Shown here piece after piece: positions 61,467-64,000 of a stretch of 64,000 nucleotides of DNA; within the stretch, counting starts at the first letter, position 1, and each line of letters begins with the position of its first letter. Source of the stretch: a virus. Its lineage: Duplodnaviria; Caudoviricetes. The stretch covers positions 128,001-192,000 of the IMG/VR virus record IMGVR_UViG_3300032243_000867; one strand, written 5' to 3'. Below the pieces are notes generated by a model. That model was given only the letters and a program-made list of their open reading frames with translations. It did not search any database and was not told the origin of the DNA. Made by a program: the position numbers and the translations under genes.

Positions 61467-64000
61467 TGAAGGCCCGCGAGCAGGCCATGCTGACATCGGA
61501 GTTCTCTCCGATGTACGTGATGAACGCCAAGGGTCAGCCCGAGGTGGTTCGCCGCCCCGACCAGCTCAAAATCGAGGGCTTGTCGAAGCTCTCGGACGAT
61601 GACCTCAACAACCCGGAAATGATTCCCCTCGGAGCGGACGGCAACCCCCAGGAGGTTGATTTTCGGGCGATGACCGACAACAAGGCGTCGGCAAAAAATC
61701 AGGGCACCCGTATCTACCCGACGCGCCGGGACATCAACGGGCGGATCGTGATCGTGGACGGGCGCTTCAAGGGCTTCTACCTCGACGAGATGGTGAACCA
61801 GAAGGGCCGTCTGGTCGAGGGCACGGCCTACGACATGGGCGCGGACGGGATTCCCGTCGCGTTCGAGACGCTGGAACCGGACGGAAACCTCCGTCTCTCC
61901 ACGGTCAACAAGGAGCCCTACGTCACCCTCGATAGCCAGGGGAAGCTCCTCATCAAGATTCCCTTCATCGGCGGCGGTCGCGGCACGAAGGACCCCTTCA
62001 AGCGTGCCCGCGACTCGATGGCGTCTCGCGCTTCGATCCCCGAGAAGACGAAGTGGGTCAAGGGTCCCGACGGCAAGCGAACCAAGGAGAAGGTTCCGGG
62101 CCGCACCCGTACGACCATCTTCGAGGTGCCGAAGATCCGAGACGACGAGGACTCGAACACGCTGTTCACTTTTGAGCCCCAGGACTTCAACACCGTGCGA
62201 TCCGCCGTGGGCGGGATGTGTATGTCGGCGGAAGCCGCCAAGAAGCTCCGCGACTACTACGCCCAGCAAGCACGGGTTGAGGAATCCACCCGGCAAGAGA
62301 ATACCAAGAGCTACTCTCTCGACCGCATCGGCGGGTTCAAGACTCAGTTGGTTATCAACCCGGAGACGGGCGAGCCCTTCGACCCGCCGGTTCTCACGAA
62401 GGACCTGCTGTCGAAGCAGAAGGAAGCCCTGTCGTGGATCGAGGCCAAGGGCTACAAGGGCCTCGCGGCGCTTGATACGGGCGTGGGCAAGACCCTGCTC
62501 ACCATCGCCACGATGCAGAAGATGATTCGCGACGGCGCGGCGGGCGAAGGTTCGCGCTTCCTGTACGTCTGCCCGGACCACCTGCGGGGCAATTTTCCGA
62601 AGGAGCTTCAGGCTTGGATGACCGACGATGCCGCGAAGGGGCTTCAGTCCCGCGTGGACGTGATGTCCTACGAGGAGTTCCAGTTCGCGGTGAACGGCGG
62701 CAAGCGCCCCATGAAGCAGAAGGTTCCCGGCACCGAGAAGCAAGAGAAGATCATCGACCCCGCGACGGGCAAGCCCCAGCGCGGCCCGGACGGGAAGCTG
62801 ATGTACCGGGCGATCCCCGGCACCGAGAAGCAAGTGTCCGTCAAGGACGCAGAGGGCAAGCGCGTCTACGAGGCTATCGCCCCCGACCCCGAGCTCTCCA
62901 AGAAGTACGCCGCCGTGTTCTTCGACGAGGCCCACATTCTCACAAAAGACGAGAACAGCAAGTTCAGCGTCGCCGCTCAGAAGTTCGACCACCCCCGCAA
63001 GGTTCTCCTTACCGCGAGCCCGATGGAGGACGACCCCGACGAGCTCTACATCGGGGTGGCGATCACCAACAACTCGAAGCTCTCTAAGAAGGCGCTGGGG
63101 GCTTCGGGATCGCGGACTCTGACCCCGGCTCAGAAGGAGCTCATGGCCTTCCGCCGCAGGTTCGTGGATCGCAAGGCGGGCCGCGCTATGGGTATCAAGG
63201 ACGACCCGAAGAACGACCCGACGAAACGCCAGGACTTCGATGCGTGGGTCAAGAACGGTATGTACTTCGCGGACAAGCGGACCGTGGGCGCACCGGGGAC
63301 CAGCTCGTACGAGCAGTCTTTGAAGCTCCCCGACCTGCTGAAGCAGGACACCGTGTCTCTGACCATGCAACCGGAGGTCGAGATCGAGTACCGCAAGGCG
63401 GCGAAGGGCATGACCAAGCTGTTGAAGCTCATGTCCAAGGTCTTCCGCGACAAGGCTTCGGTTTCTTCGGCGGATTCTTCCGTCGTCGCCCGATTCGAGA
63501 CGGAGTTTCGCAAGTACCGCAAGCAGCTCGATATGCTGTCGAACTACCCGGACGAGGTGATCGACCCCGCCACGGGCAAAAAAAAGTTCCCCGGCGTGGC
63601 GAGCTCCAAGGTGGTCGGCGCGACGTGGCTCGTCCACGACAAGATCAAGAGCGGGAAGCGCACGCTTCTCTTCACGGACGACGAGAAGTTCGCCGTGAAG
63701 ACGGCGGAACAGATGAGCGAACACACCCCTAACATCAGCATCGCCGTCGCCCTCAAGGGGAAGGTCATCGTCTACCGCGGCGGGTCGGTGTACACCAAGG
63801 AGGGTGTCAAGCAGGTCTTCGGCCCCCGAGAGTACACGAACCTCAAGGGTGAGAAGGTTCCGAAGGGCGAGTGGGCCTCGCACGTTCTTCGCGAGATCAT
63901 GGGCGGCGATCCTTCGGTGAAGGCTATGGTCCTCACGAAGTCCTACGCCCTCGGTCAGAACCTCCAGATGTTCAACACCGTGGTTCACCTTGACCGCGAT
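61463..64000 (+). CDS. Second SNF2-like helicase, 3'-partial (not in track because there is no stop in the window)
   Basis: Manual translation: QKEALSW, LDTGVGKT, LYVCP, VFFDEAH, VLLTASP, TLLFTD, SYALGQNLQMFNTVVHLDR. Confidence 0.85.
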   Translation, partial: MMKAREQAMLTSEFSPMYVMNAKGQPEVVRRPDQLKIEGLSKLSDDDLNNPEMIPLGADGNPQEVDFRAMTDNKASAKNQGTRIYPTRRDINGRIVIVDGRFKGFYLDEMVNQKGRLVEGTAYDMGADGIPVAFETLEPDGNLRLSTVNKEPYVTLDSQGKLLIKIPFIGGGRGTKDPFKRARDSMASRASIPEKTKWVKGPDGKRTKEKVPGRTRTTIFEVPKIRDDEDSNTLFTFEPQDFNTVRSAVGGMCMSAEAAKKLRDYYAQQARVEESTRQENTKSYSLDRIGGFKTQLVINPETGEPFDPPVLTKDLLSKQKEALSWIEAKGYKGLAALDTGVGKTLLTIATMQKMIRDGAAGEGSRFLYVCPDHLRGNFPKELQAWMTDDAAKGLQSRVDVMSYEEFQFAVNGGKRPMKQKVPGTEKQEKIIDPATGKPQRGPDGKLMYRAIPGTEKQVSVKDAEGKRVYEAIAPDPELSKKYAAVFFDEAHILTKDENSKFSVAAQKFDHPRKVLLTASPMEDDPDELYIGVAITNNSKLSKKALGASGSRTLTPAQKELMAFRRRFVDRKAGRAMGIKDDPKNDPTKRQDFDAWVKNGMYFADKRTVGAPGTSSYEQSLKLPDLLKQDTVSLTMQPEVEIEYRKAAKGMTKLLKLMSKVFRDKASVSSADSSVVARFETEFRKYRKQLDMLSNYPDEVIDPATGKKKFPGVASSKVVGATWLVHDKIKSGKRTLLFTDDEKFAVKTAEQMSEHTPNISIAVALKGKVIVYRGGSVYTKEGVKQVFGPREYTNLKGEKVPKGEWASHVLREIMGGDPSVKAMVLTKSYALGQNLQMFNTVVHLDRD
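62726..62834 (+). repeat. 19-bp direct repeat CCCGGCACCGAGAAGCAAG, 90 nt apart
   Basis: Copies at 62726-62744 and 62816-62834, both encoding PGTEKQ in the second SNF2 gene. Confidence 0.85.

Noticed and set aside
61256-63988. 910-aa minus-strand ORF, the longest track call at the end of the window
   Set aside because: The plus strand carries a clear SNF2 protein that the track missed because it has no stop in the window
1-64000. Stop-codon reassignment, as in some large phages
   Set aside because: TAA, TAG and TGA all end well-defined genes and long genes are uninterrupted under code 11
1-64000. CRISPR arrays, tRNA or rRNA genes
   Set aside because: No regularly spaced repeats or cloverleaf-like sequences seen; intergenic gaps are mostly too short. 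A tRNAscan-SE/CRISPR scan would confirm

Overview
The window is a gene-dense, high-GC (roughly 65% by eye) segment of a large tailed dsDNA phage with a contractile tail, probably a jumbo myovirus; the host cannot be determined here. Modules in order: (1) 41-4106, a thymidine hypermodification cluster (P-loop kinase, amino acid:DNA transferase, PLP enzyme, radical SAM enzyme) interrupted by a frameshifted panD relic; (2) 4107-8648, pyrimidine-dimer glycosylase, GGCT, Fe/Mn SOD, small ORFs and a large vWA protein; (3) 8682-46807, morphogenesis genes (neck/tail completion-like, an actin-fold ATPase, a 1649-aa sheath, tube, chaperones, tape measure, tube-like baseplate proteins, a hub with a GH73-like domain, very large tail/baseplate proteins); (4) 46835-57137, replication genes (intein-containing SNF2 helicase, degenerate DnaC-like loader, DnaB, stand-alone primase Zn-finger, family A polymerase); (5) small ORFs and a second, larger SNF2-like protein running off the end. 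Two recurring upstream DNA motifs (GGGCGTAA and YCTAT) split the genes into apparent early/middle and late classes, and two short peptide motifs recur at protein termini. All family assignments come from motif recognition by eye, not database searches. I saw no tRNA, rRNA or CRISPR array, and no capsid, portal or terminase gene.
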